This document shows positions 23,876 through 34,258 of a DNA stretch of 64,000 nt, piece after piece. Origin of the DNA: an uncultured Methanomicrobiaceae archaeon. GTDB taxonomy: Archaea; Halobacteriota; Methanomicrobia; Methanomicrobiales; Methanoculleaceae. The notes beneath the pieces are model-generated. The model worked only from the letters and a program-made list of their open reading frames with translations, did not search any database and was not told the DNA's origin. The DNA lies in NCBI GenBank assembly GCA_963826525.1, contig CAWGXH010000005.1, positions 224,001-288,000 of the forward strand. The letters are read 5' to 3'. Position 1 is the stretch's first letter; every line of letters begins with the position of its first letter. The position numbers were made by a program, and so were the translations under genes.

Positions 23876-25066
23876 ATGGGAGAAGTTCCTTTCGTTTTCT
23901 CTTCCCCGGAGGAGAAAACGGCGAACTCTTATGCTCCCGTCACCGATGGATGCTATGGACGCGTGCGGCTTTCCCGGGTGCACGCGGGTGATGAGCCATG
24001 TATTTTCTCTCCGAACCTGAAAAAGCGCACTGGGCATCCCTTGCCCGGAGCATCGTAACATCCGGTATCGGTCCTGATGAGTTCGACGGCTATGTCAGGC
24101 CGCAACTTCTCCCGGTCTTCCAGGTACCACGTCGGCACCCTGCTTGCGGCGGAGGGGCAGGGAGAGCGGGGTATAGAGTGGTTGCAGGCAGGCACCCTCG
24201 GGGAGCGGGAAGGGCTCTTCTCCTCGACCTTCCTCCTCGGATTCCTTGAACGTCACGGTGGGCGGTTGCACGCCCCTGCCGTCTGCTTCGCCGACCCGCG
24301 CCCGTACATTCACTTCACCGGAGTTCCTGTGATGCGGAGCGCACGCGAGGCTTTTATCGAGCAGTGTGCATGCACCCTGCCGCCCTTCGACGAGCCGCTC
24401 CGGATGATGGATATCGGGTGCGGCGACGGAGGCCTCACGGCGGCGCTGCTCGCTCACCTGCAGGAGACCGGCACGGCGCCTGAGATAGGAGAGGTGCTGC
24501 TGATCGACTCGTCGCCCGCAATGCTCGAGCTCGCCGAAAAAACCGTGCGTGAACGAATTCCCGGGGTGACCGTCACCACCGCAAACCACACGATTCAGGA
24601 GATCTCTGCCGTGATCGACCGCCGGTTCGACCTTGCCGTCAGTTCGCTCGCATACCACCATATGCCGATCGAGGAGAAACGAATTCACCTCGCCCGCTTG
24701 AAGCCCTGGATAGACCACTTTATCCTCTTTGAGATGGATGCGAACAACGACACTCCCGATCTCGGGTCGCCGGATCTCGCGCTCGCGATCTACCAGTCCT
24801 ACGGTCGTATCATCGACTTCGTCTTCTCGCACGACGCTCCCGTCGACGTAGCCACCCGGTGCGTGGATAACTTCCTCATGACCGAAGTCGTCTCGCTCCT
24901 CACCGAGCCCCGGGGCGACCGTACGGATAACCATATGCTCCGCGGCCAGTGGCAGAGGCTCTTCGACGAGGTGCTCGGGCCTGAGTTCGACTGCCGGTGT
25001 GACGCCCCCTGCTATGCAGATGAGTATATCACCCTCTTCACGATGCATTACGGGCGGAGCGCCTGA
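23876..25066 (+). CDS. Class I SAM-dependent methyltransferase with helical N-terminal extension (N-terminus frameshifted)
   Basis: Motif I MMDIGCGDG, LIDSSPAML, FDLAVSSLAYHH. Confidence 0.8.
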
Positions 25067-25271
25067 GCGATCCTTCTCTCGCTTGGGCAGGTACCGTCCC
25101 GTCCGTCACGCGGCTTCCGGCGAATATCCCATCAGCGTAAGGGGGCACCTCCCTCACCCTCATTGCGGTTTCCCCCGATCCACCGGATCTGATATTCCGG
25201 GAATGGTCGGCAGGATGGATTTTGTTATCAAACCCCGTGTGCATAAATAACAGACGATAGGATCGTTGTGT

Positions 25272-26174
25272 ATGAGGCATTTCCCGGTTTATTTCTTCCT
25301 CTCACTCCTTCTCCTGGTATCGGTCATCGGTGCAGCCGGGTGCTCTCGACACGGCATCGGTAAGAACGATGCAACCACGGGCGATACCCCGGACCATGGC
25401 GGATTGACCACGCCGTCATCGTTGTGCAGAATCTTACTGCATCGACGGACACATTCGGTGCAGCGGGATTCAACGTCGTTCCGGGAGGCGACCATGCGGA
25501 CAACCTCACCCAGAACGCACTTATCCCGTTCAAAGACGGTAGTTACCTGGAGATCTTCGCCCCTACCGATCCGGCCATGGCTGCCGAGATGCACGATCTT
25601 GTATCCTCCGGTAACGTTCGATACCGCTATGACGGGAACAGATGCGATGCAAAAGCGGTTCATGCGTCACCTCGCAGAGGGAACCGGCCTCGAAGACTTT
25701 GCTATCTCCTCTCCCGGACTCAATCTCTCTGAAGAACAGATGCTGGCAGAGCGCGGAGGCGTTATCCTTGCAGGGCCGATTCCAATGTCACGGACACGGC
25801 CTGACGGGATCTGCGTGCGATGGAATGTTGCTGTGCCCGTGTTCAATTATTCGACCTGTGTGCCGTTCCTCATCGTGGATGACACGCCACGAACCCTTCG
25901 GGTACCGGACGGAAACGTGACCGCACATCCGAACGGAGCGACCGGCATCAGGAGCATCGAGATAGCAACTTACGATCCCGTCGCAGTTACCCGTTGGTAC
26001 GATACGGTGTTATCCACGTCACCTATGGGTAACACTCCGACCACATACACGCTGAACGGATCTGTTATAATGGTGCGGGGAGTCGCCAGGAACGAAACCG
26101 AAGGGCCGGTCGGGATCCTACTGAATACCGATACGGGCGCTCCGTTCTCACTTCAGAATTTCACGTTCGAATAG
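25272..26174 (+). CDS. VOC / Glyoxalase_3 family protein with lipoprotein signal (frameshifted)
   Basis: LLLLVSVIGAAGC signal; DHAVIVV, PGGDHADNLTQNALIPFKDGSYLEIF, RTRPDG, PFLI.D.TPR.LRVP, HPNGATGI. Confidence 0.8.
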   Translation: MRHFPVYFFLSLLLLVSVIGAAGCSRHGIGKNDATTGDTPDHGGLTTPSSLCRILLHRRTHSVQRDSTSFREATMRTTSPRTHLSRSKTVVTWRSSPLPIRPWLPRCTILYPPVTFDTAMTGTDAMQKRFMRHLAEGTGLEDFAISSPGLNLSEEQMLAERGGVILAGPIPMSRTRPDGICVRWNVAVPVFNYSTCVPFLIVDDTPRTLRVPDGNVTAHPNGATGIRSIEIATYDPVAVTRWYDTVLSTSPMGNTPTTYTLNGSVIMVRGVARNETEGPVGILLNTDTGAPFSLQNFTFE

Positions 26175-26299
26175 TGTCGGAGGTCATCCCAATCTCTTTT
26201 ACAGGAGGGGGGGGTCTCCCCCTCTCCGCCGCAGAAGTTCCGAGACGACCTCTTTACGATATCGATCGTTCCGGGGCGCCGGCAGCGTCACCGGAGAGA

Positions 26300-26480
26300 T
26301 TGTCCAGGGATCCCGCTACAATCTCCCCCGTCCGGTCGGTCAGATAGTTCCACCGCTCGCGAAGACGCGAGGAGAAATCGGGTGACCCGAGAATGTTGAG
26401 TATTTCCGAAATCCCGCCGTCGTCACACACTTCCTGCCGGAACCAGAGCTCGGTACGACTCGGAGCCGAGCGGTACGAAC
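26300..26480 (-). pseudogene. Remnant resembling the C-terminus of a PBP-like (molybdate-binding type) domain
   Basis: ELWFRQEVCDDGGISEILNILGSPDFSSRLRERWNYLTDRTGEIV resembles the L.S.EF...L....Y....TGEI ending of PF12727-type domains; no plausible start. Confidence 0.3.
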
Positions 26481-26893
26481 CGGAGACCCGCAGCAGTGGC
26501 CGCACCGGGCACTGCAGGTCGACCTCGAGGAGATGTTCGGCCAGAAGCCCGGCGTGGACATGACCTTGCCCGTCCTGGCACTTGTTGAAGAGAAGACCGA
26601 GCGGAAGCGCCTGCACGACACCGGCGACGACCAGATCTTCAACATCTTCATCAACAAATAATCTTTTTCGAAAAGACGCAAAACCTTGAACCATCCATGG
26701 AAAACCGCCCGCACAAGCGGGAACAGAGCGGCCGGCAGACCTGTAAAGCCTCGGAAACTTCACGGTTTCTCGGCCTCTTTTTCGTCGTCTTTCTCTACCT
26801 GCACTCGCATGTTAATACCACGGAAGAGAAACCTCTTCTCCGGTATACTCGCGGCAACCGATCTTCGCCTGCCGCCCTCGGACGTGAACCATC

Positions 26894-27784
26894 ATGCAGG
26901 TGACCGACCACATTCATGCCCTGAAGATCCCCTTTCGGCTATCCGCAGGTCCCGGAATAGCCATCGAACGGTTCGTCAATTGCTTCCTCATTTACGGCAG
27001 CGAGATCTGCCTTGTCGATGCCGGCGTTGCCGGAGCGGAGAAGGTGATCTTCGCGTATCTCCGAAAGACCGGACGGAGCCCGGAAGAGATCGCAGCGATC
27101 GTCCTGACGCACTCGCATCCCGATCATATCGGCGCTGCGAAGACTATTCGGGAGGCGACCGGATGCATCGTCGTTGCTCACCCCGCTGAGCGGGCATGGA
27201 TCGAGGATATCGACCTGCAGGCGCGTGAGCGCCCGGTACCTGATTTCCACGCGATCGTCGCCGGATCCGTCACGGTCGACCGCTTCGTCGGCGACGGCGA
27301 TACCATCCGTCTCGACGACGGTCTCGACCTGACCGTTCTCCACACGCCCGGTCATTCGAGCGGCTCGATCTCCCTCCACCTCCCGGCAGACGGTGCGCTC
27401 TTCTCCGGCGACGCCATCCCGGTGCCCCGGGATCTCCCCGTCTACGACGACGCCGCGGCATCCGTCCGATCCATCAGGAGCCTCCTCGGTGTCCCGGATG
27501 TCACGCATCTCCTCGCGTCCTGGGATGCTGCACGAGCGGGCGGCGACGTCTCCCGGACGATGGAGAACGGGCTTTCTGTCATCCAGCAGTTTCACACGGC
27601 GATCATGAGCGTGCGTGCCGGGGAGGGATCGGACCGGCAAGATATCTGTCGGCAGGTGGTCGAAGAACTGGGGCTCCCCCCGTTCGCGCTTCCGGTCATT
27701 GCACGAACCTGCAGGGCTCATCTCGCGGTCGGTGACGGTGCCGATCTTCTCTCCGGCAGCGCCTGCCGGGAGAGGGTAGAGTAG
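26894..27784 (+). CDS. MBL-fold metallo-hydrolase
   Basis: LVDAG, THSHPDHIG, HTPGHS, FSGDA. Confidence 0.92.
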   Translation: MQVTDHIHALKIPFRLSAGPGIAIERFVNCFLIYGSEICLVDAGVAGAEKVIFAYLRKTGRSPEEIAAIVLTHSHPDHIGAAKTIREATGCIVVAHPAERAWIEDIDLQARERPVPDFHAIVAGSVTVDRFVGDGDTIRLDDGLDLTVLHTPGHSSGSISLHLPADGALFSGDAIPVPRDLPVYDDAAASVRSIRSLLGVPDVTHLLASWDAARAGGDVSRTMENGLSVIQQFHTAIMSVRAGEGSDRQDICRQVVEELGLPPFALPVIARTCRAHLAVGDGADLLSGSACRERVE

Positions 27785-28662
27785 TGACGCTGCACGGAGG
27801 AGCGCTTCCGGCATCCCGGCAATGGGGATGGGTCAATTGCCGCATGGGGTGGGGGATGCTCTCCTGCACCGGATAGCCCCCGGGTTCCTTCCGGCCGCGA
27901 AACCGGGCAGCGGCATCACGCGAAATCAGTGGCCGGGGCGTGCATCAAGGTTGCCGCTCCGGTTCAGTAACGCTTAAATGTCGTCAATCCCGGTTGAATC
28001 CGGCGAAAAAACCACCCTCACAGAAGCCTGTAGACGGCCGATCTCGAGGCGAGCTATGGTATCCATCCTCCGGAAATTACTCCTGCTCATATGGCCTTTA
28101 TATCTCGAAGAATATTTCGTTTTTCTGGAATCTGGATGATATACTCCGGGGAATTGTTCTGCCGGGATCCGCCGTCTGAAACCTTCGTTAAAATCGGAAA
28201 ATAACGTCAATCTGCCCTTCGTTCAGGGCGGAGAGAGGGTGGTTTCCCCACTCCCTTGCGATGATCGTAATTTCCCATCCCCGGGACGCAGCGTGAGAGA
28301 GGCTGTGATGGGAAATGGGAGAGCACACAAACCTGTCAATAGGCCTGCGAGAGGAATTCTGCACCGCTGCCTTATCCACACTGTATAGAGGCGCGGTCGG
28401 CAAAAGACCGTATTCCGGTCGGGTGTCGACAGTCAAAAAAGGATATGGCTGCAGAGATGCCACCGTCGGACGTAGTCCCAGCCCTGATGGGTGTCGCCCC
28501 GGACGACATCCTGATCCTTGATGTATCCACCGAACTGGCGACTCGTGTAGTCGTTTGTTTCCTTCTGATTCTCGCACAGGGCGCCTGACGAGAATCTCCG
28601 TGCTCCTCTTCTCTGCAATGCACAGAGGCATTCCGGGGGTGAAAGGTGGCCGATTGTCACGT

Positions 28663-28686
28663 GGGGAGGGAGTCTCGCCCCCTCCC
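28663..28686. repeat. Short GC-rich intergenic hairpin, one of several similar copies
   Basis: GGGGAGGGAGTCTCGCCCCCTCCC; related sequences at 26204-26227, 28230-28255 and about 63603-63629. Confidence 0.45.
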
Positions 28687-28819
28687 GCAGGAGAGTGCCA
28701 GGAGAATACCGCAGCAAGCCAATGGTGAGAGCTTCGTAAGAGCCCGGATTCCCCAAACCAGAGTGTACTGGTTTTTATCGGAGGAATGCGAAGACCTTGT
28801 ATAAAGAACGAGAATCCGC

Positions 28820-29539
28820 ATGGCACCGCACGCTCTTCCCGCCGGGAACGATCTCCTTTTTCTCCTGGTCGTCGCCGCATTTGTCTGTATCGCCGGAATA
28901 TGGATGCTCTTCTCTCGGTGGGGACACGGCAGGGTACGGCGGTTTGTTGCCCTGTGGATAGATGAGGCATTCCGATACGGCGGCGGCAAGTTTCTTCGGG
29001 TGCTGATCCTGGACGTTCTCCTCTTTCGCCGTGTCTGGCGGCGGAGCAAAGGCCGATGGGCGTTGCATATGGCCATGTTCTGGGGATTTTGCATCTTTGG
29101 CGGGTTCATCGTCCTCGGTATACTGATCGGTCTCCTTGCACTCCTCGACCCTGCGGGCGTCGGCGGAGCACTTGCCCGCTTCCATGCCGGCATCCACATC
29201 CCCCTCGACCTGGTGGGCTACATCCTCCTCATCGGTTCGGGGCTTGCCCTCGGACGCCGGATCGTTTCCCGGAAGGTTCGGGAGCGAACGAACGCTGCCG
29301 ACCTCTTCCTCATCGGGAGCACCTTCGGTATCGTTCTCATCGGCATGATCGCCGAATGGTTCAGCGGATACGGGTCGTTCGTCGGCACGTCGGTGAAAAA
29401 CTGGGACCTTGCCCTGCAGTTCCTGGCAATCCATATCTACGCAGCGCTCTTTCTCTTCGTAATGGTGCTCCCCTGGAGTAAGTTCCGCCACATTCTGGCG
29501 ACGCCGCTGACGCTGCTTGCCCGACGGGGAGGTGAATGA
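28820..29539 (+). CDS. NarI/HdrE/DsrM-like integral membrane subunit (putative heme b protein)
   Basis: About five TM helices; RWALHMAMFWG, RRIVSRKVRERT..ADLF, AIHIYAA...LPWSKFRHI. Confidence 0.8.
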   Translation: MAPHALPAGNDLLFLLVVAAFVCIAGIWMLFSRWGHGRVRRFVALWIDEAFRYGGGKFLRVLILDVLLFRRVWRRSKGRWALHMAMFWGFCIFGGFIVLGILIGLLALLDPAGVGGALARFHAGIHIPLDLVGYILLIGSGLALGRRIVSRKVRERTNAADLFLIGSTFGIVLIGMIAEWFSGYGSFVGTSVKNWDLALQFLAIHIYAALFLFVMVLPWSKFRHILATPLTLLARRGGE

Positions 29540-30758
29540 TCTGAACGACCGCTCCTTCCCCGGGATACTCTCCCGCTGGTTCTCGCCGATCCAGATGCTG
29601 GAACTCGATGCCTGCACCCGCTGCCAGGAATGCATCCGAACATGCCCGGTCACCGCGATAGACCGCGACACCAATCCCATGGACCGCATCGACACCTGGA
29701 GATGGATAGTCGACCGTCAGACCGGTATCCGGGCACGGCTCTTCGGCCGGCCGTCGCTCGATGAGGAAACCATGCACGGCCTTGCCGACAGGGCATACTC
29801 CTGCACGACCTGCGGTGCGTGCGGTGTCGTCTGCGAGAGCGGCATTGCCACGGCTCGGCTCTGGGAGTCGATGCGGGGAGCGATCGTGGACCTCGATTGC
29901 AGCCGGGAAGGCGTTTTCGACGACGCTGCAGAGCGGATTGTCCGGCTCCGGAACCCTTACGGCGGCAGCCGGGAAAAACGCAGTGCCTGGATCCCGGACG
30001 ACATCGTCATCGCCGATACGGCACCGGTCGCCTACTTTCCGGGCTGCACGGTTTCATTCCGCCAGCAGGAGATCGGGATGGCGGCACTCCGCATCCTCCA
30101 GTCGCTCGGGACCCGGTTCTGTATGCTCGGGGAGGAGGAGTCCTGCTGTGGCTCCCTTCTCTTCCGGACAGGACACTGGCGGGAAGAGGCGGAGGCGATC
30201 CGGAACCTGATCCGGGCCGTGGCCGACCTAGGGATCACGACTCTCCTCTTCACCTGTGCCGGGTGTTTAAAGACAGCCACAACCGACTGGCCGCGGGTCT
30301 GGGGAGGCCCGCTGCCGTTTACGCCGGTACCGTTTGCCGCCTTCCTTCGAGACCAGATCCGGGAGGGAAACCTCTCCTTCACGAAAAGGATCGATCGGCG
30401 GGTTGTCTACCACGACCCCTGTCACGCCGGTCGGCACGTTATGCACGTGCTCGGCCGGGACCAGGCCTTCGAGGCGCCGCGTGAGGTTCTCCGCGCAATT
30501 CCTGGCCTCGAACTCACGGAGCTTCGAGACAACCGGGAGTTCCAGATCTGCTGCGGTGCCGGCGGCGGCCTGAAGCTCGGGAATCCCGACCTCGCGCTTG
30601 CGATCGCCGCACGGAAAGTCACTGACATCAGGGAGGCGGGAGCTGAAGTTCTGGCCACCACCTGCCCGTTCTGCCGGCGGAATATCCTGGACGCAGCCGA
30701 TGATACGTTCGAGGTCGTCGATGTCACCCAGCTTGTGGCCGAGGCTCTGGGGCTGTAG
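29532..30758 (+). CDS. HdrD/GlpC-like Fe-S protein with two CCG domains
   Basis: CTRCQECIRTCP and CTTCGACGVVC ferredoxin motifs; YFPGC, ESCCGS, CAGC, YHDPCH, CCGAGGG, CPFC; overlaps the stop of the membrane subunit. Confidence 0.9.
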   Translation: MNDLNDRSFPGILSRWFSPIQMLELDACTRCQECIRTCPVTAIDRDTNPMDRIDTWRWIVDRQTGIRARLFGRPSLDEETMHGLADRAYSCTTCGACGVVCESGIATARLWESMRGAIVDLDCSREGVFDDAAERIVRLRNPYGGSREKRSAWIPDDIVIADTAPVAYFPGCTVSFRQQEIGMAALRILQSLGTRFCMLGEEESCCGSLLFRTGHWREEAEAIRNLIRAVADLGITTLLFTCAGCLKTATTDWPRVWGGPLPFTPVPFAAFLRDQIREGNLSFTKRIDRRVVYHDPCHAGRHVMHVLGRDQAFEAPREVLRAIPGLELTELRDNREFQICCGAGGGLKLGNPDLALAIAARKVTDIREAGAEVLATTCPFCRRNILDAADDTFEVVDVTQLVAEALGL

Positions 30759-30813
30759 GCTGACGAACGATGGTGACCAGAGGTACTTTTTAAACCGCAG
30801 AAAAACGAAACGA

Positions 30814-30885
30814 CGCCCCGGCCGGGATTTGAACCCGGGTCAAAAGCTCCGGAGGCTTCTAGGATGTCCACTACCCTACCGGGAC
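30814..30885 (-). tRNA. tRNA-Arg (CCG)
   Basis: GTCCCGG/CCGGGGC acceptor stem, anticodon arm GAAGC-CT CCG GA-GCTTT, T-loop GGTTCAAATCC; no encoded CCA; TATA-like CTTTTATA upstream near 30911-30918. Confidence 0.95.
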
Positions 30886-30939
30886 TGCTATATCAGGTTG
30901 TATCGGATGGTATAAAAGGCCAGCGGAGGGCTCTGCCCT

Positions 30940-31972
30940 TCACACCCGCCGGGACTCATAGAGATGCCAGATTTTGCACGCTCCTTCGTGGCTCACCATG
31001 CAGGGGCCGACCGGGGTGCGCGGGGTGCAGACCTTCCCGAAGAGCTTGCAGTCCGACGGCTGTGCAATGCCGCGCAGCACCCGATCGCAGATGCATGCGG
31101 AGTGCTTATCGACATGCCGTATCTCGATATCGAACTTCTTCTGCGCATCGTACTGTTCAAACTCCGGCTTGAGCCGAAGACCCGACCCCGGGATGACCGG
31201 GAACCCGCGCCACTCGACGTCGCAGGATTCGAAGACGTCGTACATCAGCGCCTGCGCTTTTTGGTTCCCTTCCCGGCAGACCGCCCGGGGATACGCGTTA
31301 TCGATCCTTGCTTCGCCTTCGCGGATCTGCCGGACGAGCATCACGAGTCCGAGGAGGATATCCTCAGGCTCGAATCCGGCCACCACCTGCGGCACCGGGA
31401 ACTGTTCGGTACTCGTGGTATCCCATCACCGTGCAGACGTGGCCGGGGAGCATGAACCCGTGGAGCTTCGCCTCGCCCTGCTGGAGCAGCCACTCCATGG
31501 CCGGGGGAACAAGGCGGTGGCAGGAGAGGATCGAGAAGTTCTCAGGAGGTTTCGTAAGGATCGTCGCAGCGACGGTCGGCGCTGTCGTCTCAAAGCCCAC
31601 TGAGATGAAGACGACTTCTTTATCAGGCTCGCGGCGGGCGATATCGACGGCCTTGTGGACGCCCTGCACCACGCGCACATCGCCGCCCGAGGACTCGAGC
31701 GAGCCGTTCGCGCCCGGAACCCGGAGAAGATCGCCGTACGTCGCGATGACGCAGTCCTTCCCGGCGAGATCGAGAGCGGCATCGATCTCGCCCTGCGGCG
31801 TGATGCAGACCGGGCAGCCGGGCCCCATCACGATCTTCAGTTTTTTGGGGAGAATACTCCGGATACCGGCGCGTGCGATTGCTGCTTCGTGCGTGCCGCA
31901 GATATGCATGATGCAGATGTCCCGATCGACCAGGGAATCGAGCGTGTCCAGAATATCCTTTGAAACCGGCAT
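30940..31972 (-). CDS. hypD: Hydrogenase maturation protein HypD (frameshift near 31405)
   Basis: MHICGTHE, GPGCPVC, GFETT, PGHV, GFEP, C..F...CTP..PVGPCMVS.EGAC. Confidence 0.95.
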
Positions 31973-32018
31973 GAAATCTCCTATTTATATTCGCTGCAAT
32001 CACATATTAGGTACTGGT

Positions 32019-33125
32019 ATGGACGGTATCTACTCTGGAATAGGAATTATCGTCGCCGGAATCGTGGGCGCGTACATCGTCCACGAGATCTTCCGGTGGC
32101 TGCAGAAGAGGGCTGACCTCACCGAATCGAAGATGGATGACATCATTCTCTTCTCGCTCGCGAAACCGGCCACCATCGCCGTTTTCCTTGGTTCACTCTG
32201 GATCGCAGTTACTATGTACATCGATTCTGCGACCCTCCTCGGCGATTATGCGTGGCTCCTCTCGAGCAGGTACTTCACCGCCGCCGCAATCCTGATCGGT
32301 GCCTGGATCGTATCGAGTTTCTCCTATAGTTTCATCAACCTCTACGGCCGTTGGATGGCATCGAAGACTGAGACGGACATCGATGACCGGATCATCCAGA
32401 TTCTGGAGATCGCAGCGAAGTACATCGTGTGGTTCATCGCCGTTCTTATGGTGCTTCAGACGCTTGAGATCGACATCACGCCCCTGATCGCAGGCGCGGG
32501 GATCGCCGGCCTTGCCGTCGCCCTGGCTGCGCAGGATATCATGTCGAATTTCTTCGGCGGAGCGTTGATCCTGGTCGACAAGCCGTTTCAGGTCGGCGAC
32601 CGGATCAAGGTAGACAACTACCTCGGCGATGTGATCAGCATCGGGCCGCGGAGCACCCGGATGAAGACGCTCGACTACCAGCTCGTTACCATCCCGAACT
32701 CGACGATCTCAAGCAACATCGTCGTCAACTATGCGATGCCGGATGTGAAACTGAAGATCAAGATCCCGGTCTCGGTCGCCTACGGCAGCGATGTTGCCCG
32801 GGTGAAGGAGATCCTCCTCGAGATCGGCCGGGAGGCAGCAGAGCGGTCCGAGTACGTTCTCGATGACCCGGCACCCTCGGTCTACTTCCTCGAGTTCGGG
32901 GCGTCGAGCCTGAACTTCATGCTGGTCATCTGGGCACGTGCATTCAATATGGCCTGGGATGTGCAGGACTTTGTGAATACCCGGATCGACGAACGGTTTA
33001 CGGAGGAAGGTATGGAGATCCCGTTCCCCCAGATGGATCTCCACATCAGGGACGGATTCTCCTCTCCGGGAAAACTGCCGGAAGGGGTCTATCAGGTCAC
33101 GGACAGTACCGATGCCGTCATATAA
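32019..33125 (+). CDS. MscS-family mechanosensitive channel
   Basis: AGAGIAGLAVALAAQD..SNFFGG..ILVDKPFQVGDRI, IPNS, VAYGSD, IPFPQ. Confidence 0.93.
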   Translation: MDGIYSGIGIIVAGIVGAYIVHEIFRWLQKRADLTESKMDDIILFSLAKPATIAVFLGSLWIAVTMYIDSATLLGDYAWLLSSRYFTAAAILIGAWIVSSFSYSFINLYGRWMASKTETDIDDRIIQILEIAAKYIVWFIAVLMVLQTLEIDITPLIAGAGIAGLAVALAAQDIMSNFFGGALILVDKPFQVGDRIKVDNYLGDVISIGPRSTRMKTLDYQLVTIPNSTISSNIVVNYAMPDVKLKIKIPVSVAYGSDVARVKEILLEIGREAAERSEYVLDDPAPSVYFLEFGASSLNFMLVIWARAFNMAWDVQDFVNTRIDERFTEEGMEIPFPQMDLHIRDGFSSPGKLPEGVYQVTDSTDAVI

Positions 33126-34056
33126 GGCGGAAAAATAATCCCCGTTCTTCCGCTACCGCCTCAATCTTTCCTTTTTCAAGCAGTATCCCGAGGTACTTGT
33201 TCATCTCGTTTGGATGAAGCGAAAAGATCCTGCAGAGATCCTCGGTGGTGCACGGCCGCCGGGCAAGGGTCACACAGACCGATTCGAGGATCTCCGCCCG
33301 GAAGGTGCGGATCGCCTCCCTGCACGTGCTGGCTGCGATCACCTCGACCCGGGGGTCGCCCAGGAATGCGGCGATCCGTTCGAGCGATGCCCGGGGGACA
33401 GGCGTCACCCAGATCTCCGTCCCGGGACGATCGAGCGTGTTCAACTGCACCCGATCGGGGTCGATCGCTGAAATAGCGTCGCGGATCCGGGCGAGTTCCT
33501 CCTCCGAGTCGTTCAGTCCCGGGACGATGAAGATCTCAAGCCAGATCTCTCCGGGAAAGTCGCGGGAGAATGCGATCAGGCCTTCGAGGGCGGACGCAGC
33601 CGTTACACCGGTGCACGGGCGGTTCACTGCGGTAAAGACCGATTCTGAGACCGCATCGAGGGAGGGGACGACGAGATCCGCGCTCGCAAGGTCGCTTCGC
33701 ACCTGCGGGTCGGTGAGAAGGGCGCCGTTCGTGAGCACCGCCACCCGGTATCCGGGGTAACGCTCTTTGAGGAAGCCGATGATCTCCCCGATACCGGAAT
33801 GCAGCGTGGGCTCTCCCGATCCCGCGAAGGTGATATGGTCGAGTGCCGGTTCCATCCGGAGATAATCGTCAAGTTCCCTGATGACATCAGCCGTCGGGAC
33901 ATATTCGCGCCGCTCACAGGTCTTGCGCGTCGTCCTGCCGCACTCGCAGTAGATGCAGTCATACGGGCAGGTCTTCCGGGGGATGAGATCGACGCCCAGG
34001 GAGACACCGAGACGGCGGGAAGGGACCGGGCCGAAGAGATGTTTGTAAACCATCAA
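33118..34056 (-). CDS. Radical SAM Fe-S oxidoreductase (COG0731-type)
   Basis: FGPVPSRRLGVSLGVD, CPYDCIYC, GSGEPTLH, VLTNG; C-terminal HTH-like segment. Confidence 0.9.
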   Translation of the reverse strand: MMVYKHLFGPVPSRRLGVSLGVDLIPRKTCPYDCIYCECGRTTRKTCERREYVPTADVIRELDDYLRMEPALDHITFAGSGEPTLHSGIGEIIGFLKERYPGYRVAVLTNGALLTDPQVRSDLASADLVVPSLDAVSESVFTAVNRPCTGVTAASALEGLIAFSRDFPGEIWLEIFIVPGLNDSEEELARIRDAISAIDPDRVQLNTLDRPGTEIWVTPVPRASLERIAAFLGDPRVEVIAASTCREAIRTFRAEILESVCVTLARRPCTTEDLCRIFSLHPNEMNKYLGILLEKGKIEAVAEERGLFFRLI

Positions 34057-34258
34057 AACTCCGTCGTGCTGCTATCCTGAGTATGTTGCACCGGTACGTA
34101 TTTAGGAATGCGCGCCGGAAGAGATGATCGCGATAAACGGGAGAGAGTCAGATGACAGCGGGAGAAGCGGGACGCGGATACGGCCTCATGGGCGGTGTGT
34201 TCTTCGATAATATACGGGGGAGGCGGGAGCACCCCACGGCGCCCGGGATGGTGCTGCC

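Noticed and set aside
26500-26661. Plus-strand peptide ending ...RKRLHDTGDDQIFNIFINK
   Set aside because: It looks like a C-terminal gene remnant, but I cannot assign a family or a reliable start
30760-30940. Integrative element at tRNA-Arg
   Set aside because: No integrase or duplicated tRNA end was seen and the flanking genes are ordinary metabolic genes
31308-33125. 605-aa MscS with a long N-terminal extension
   Set aside because: The extension is the antisense frame of hypD; the real start is probably the ATG at 32019
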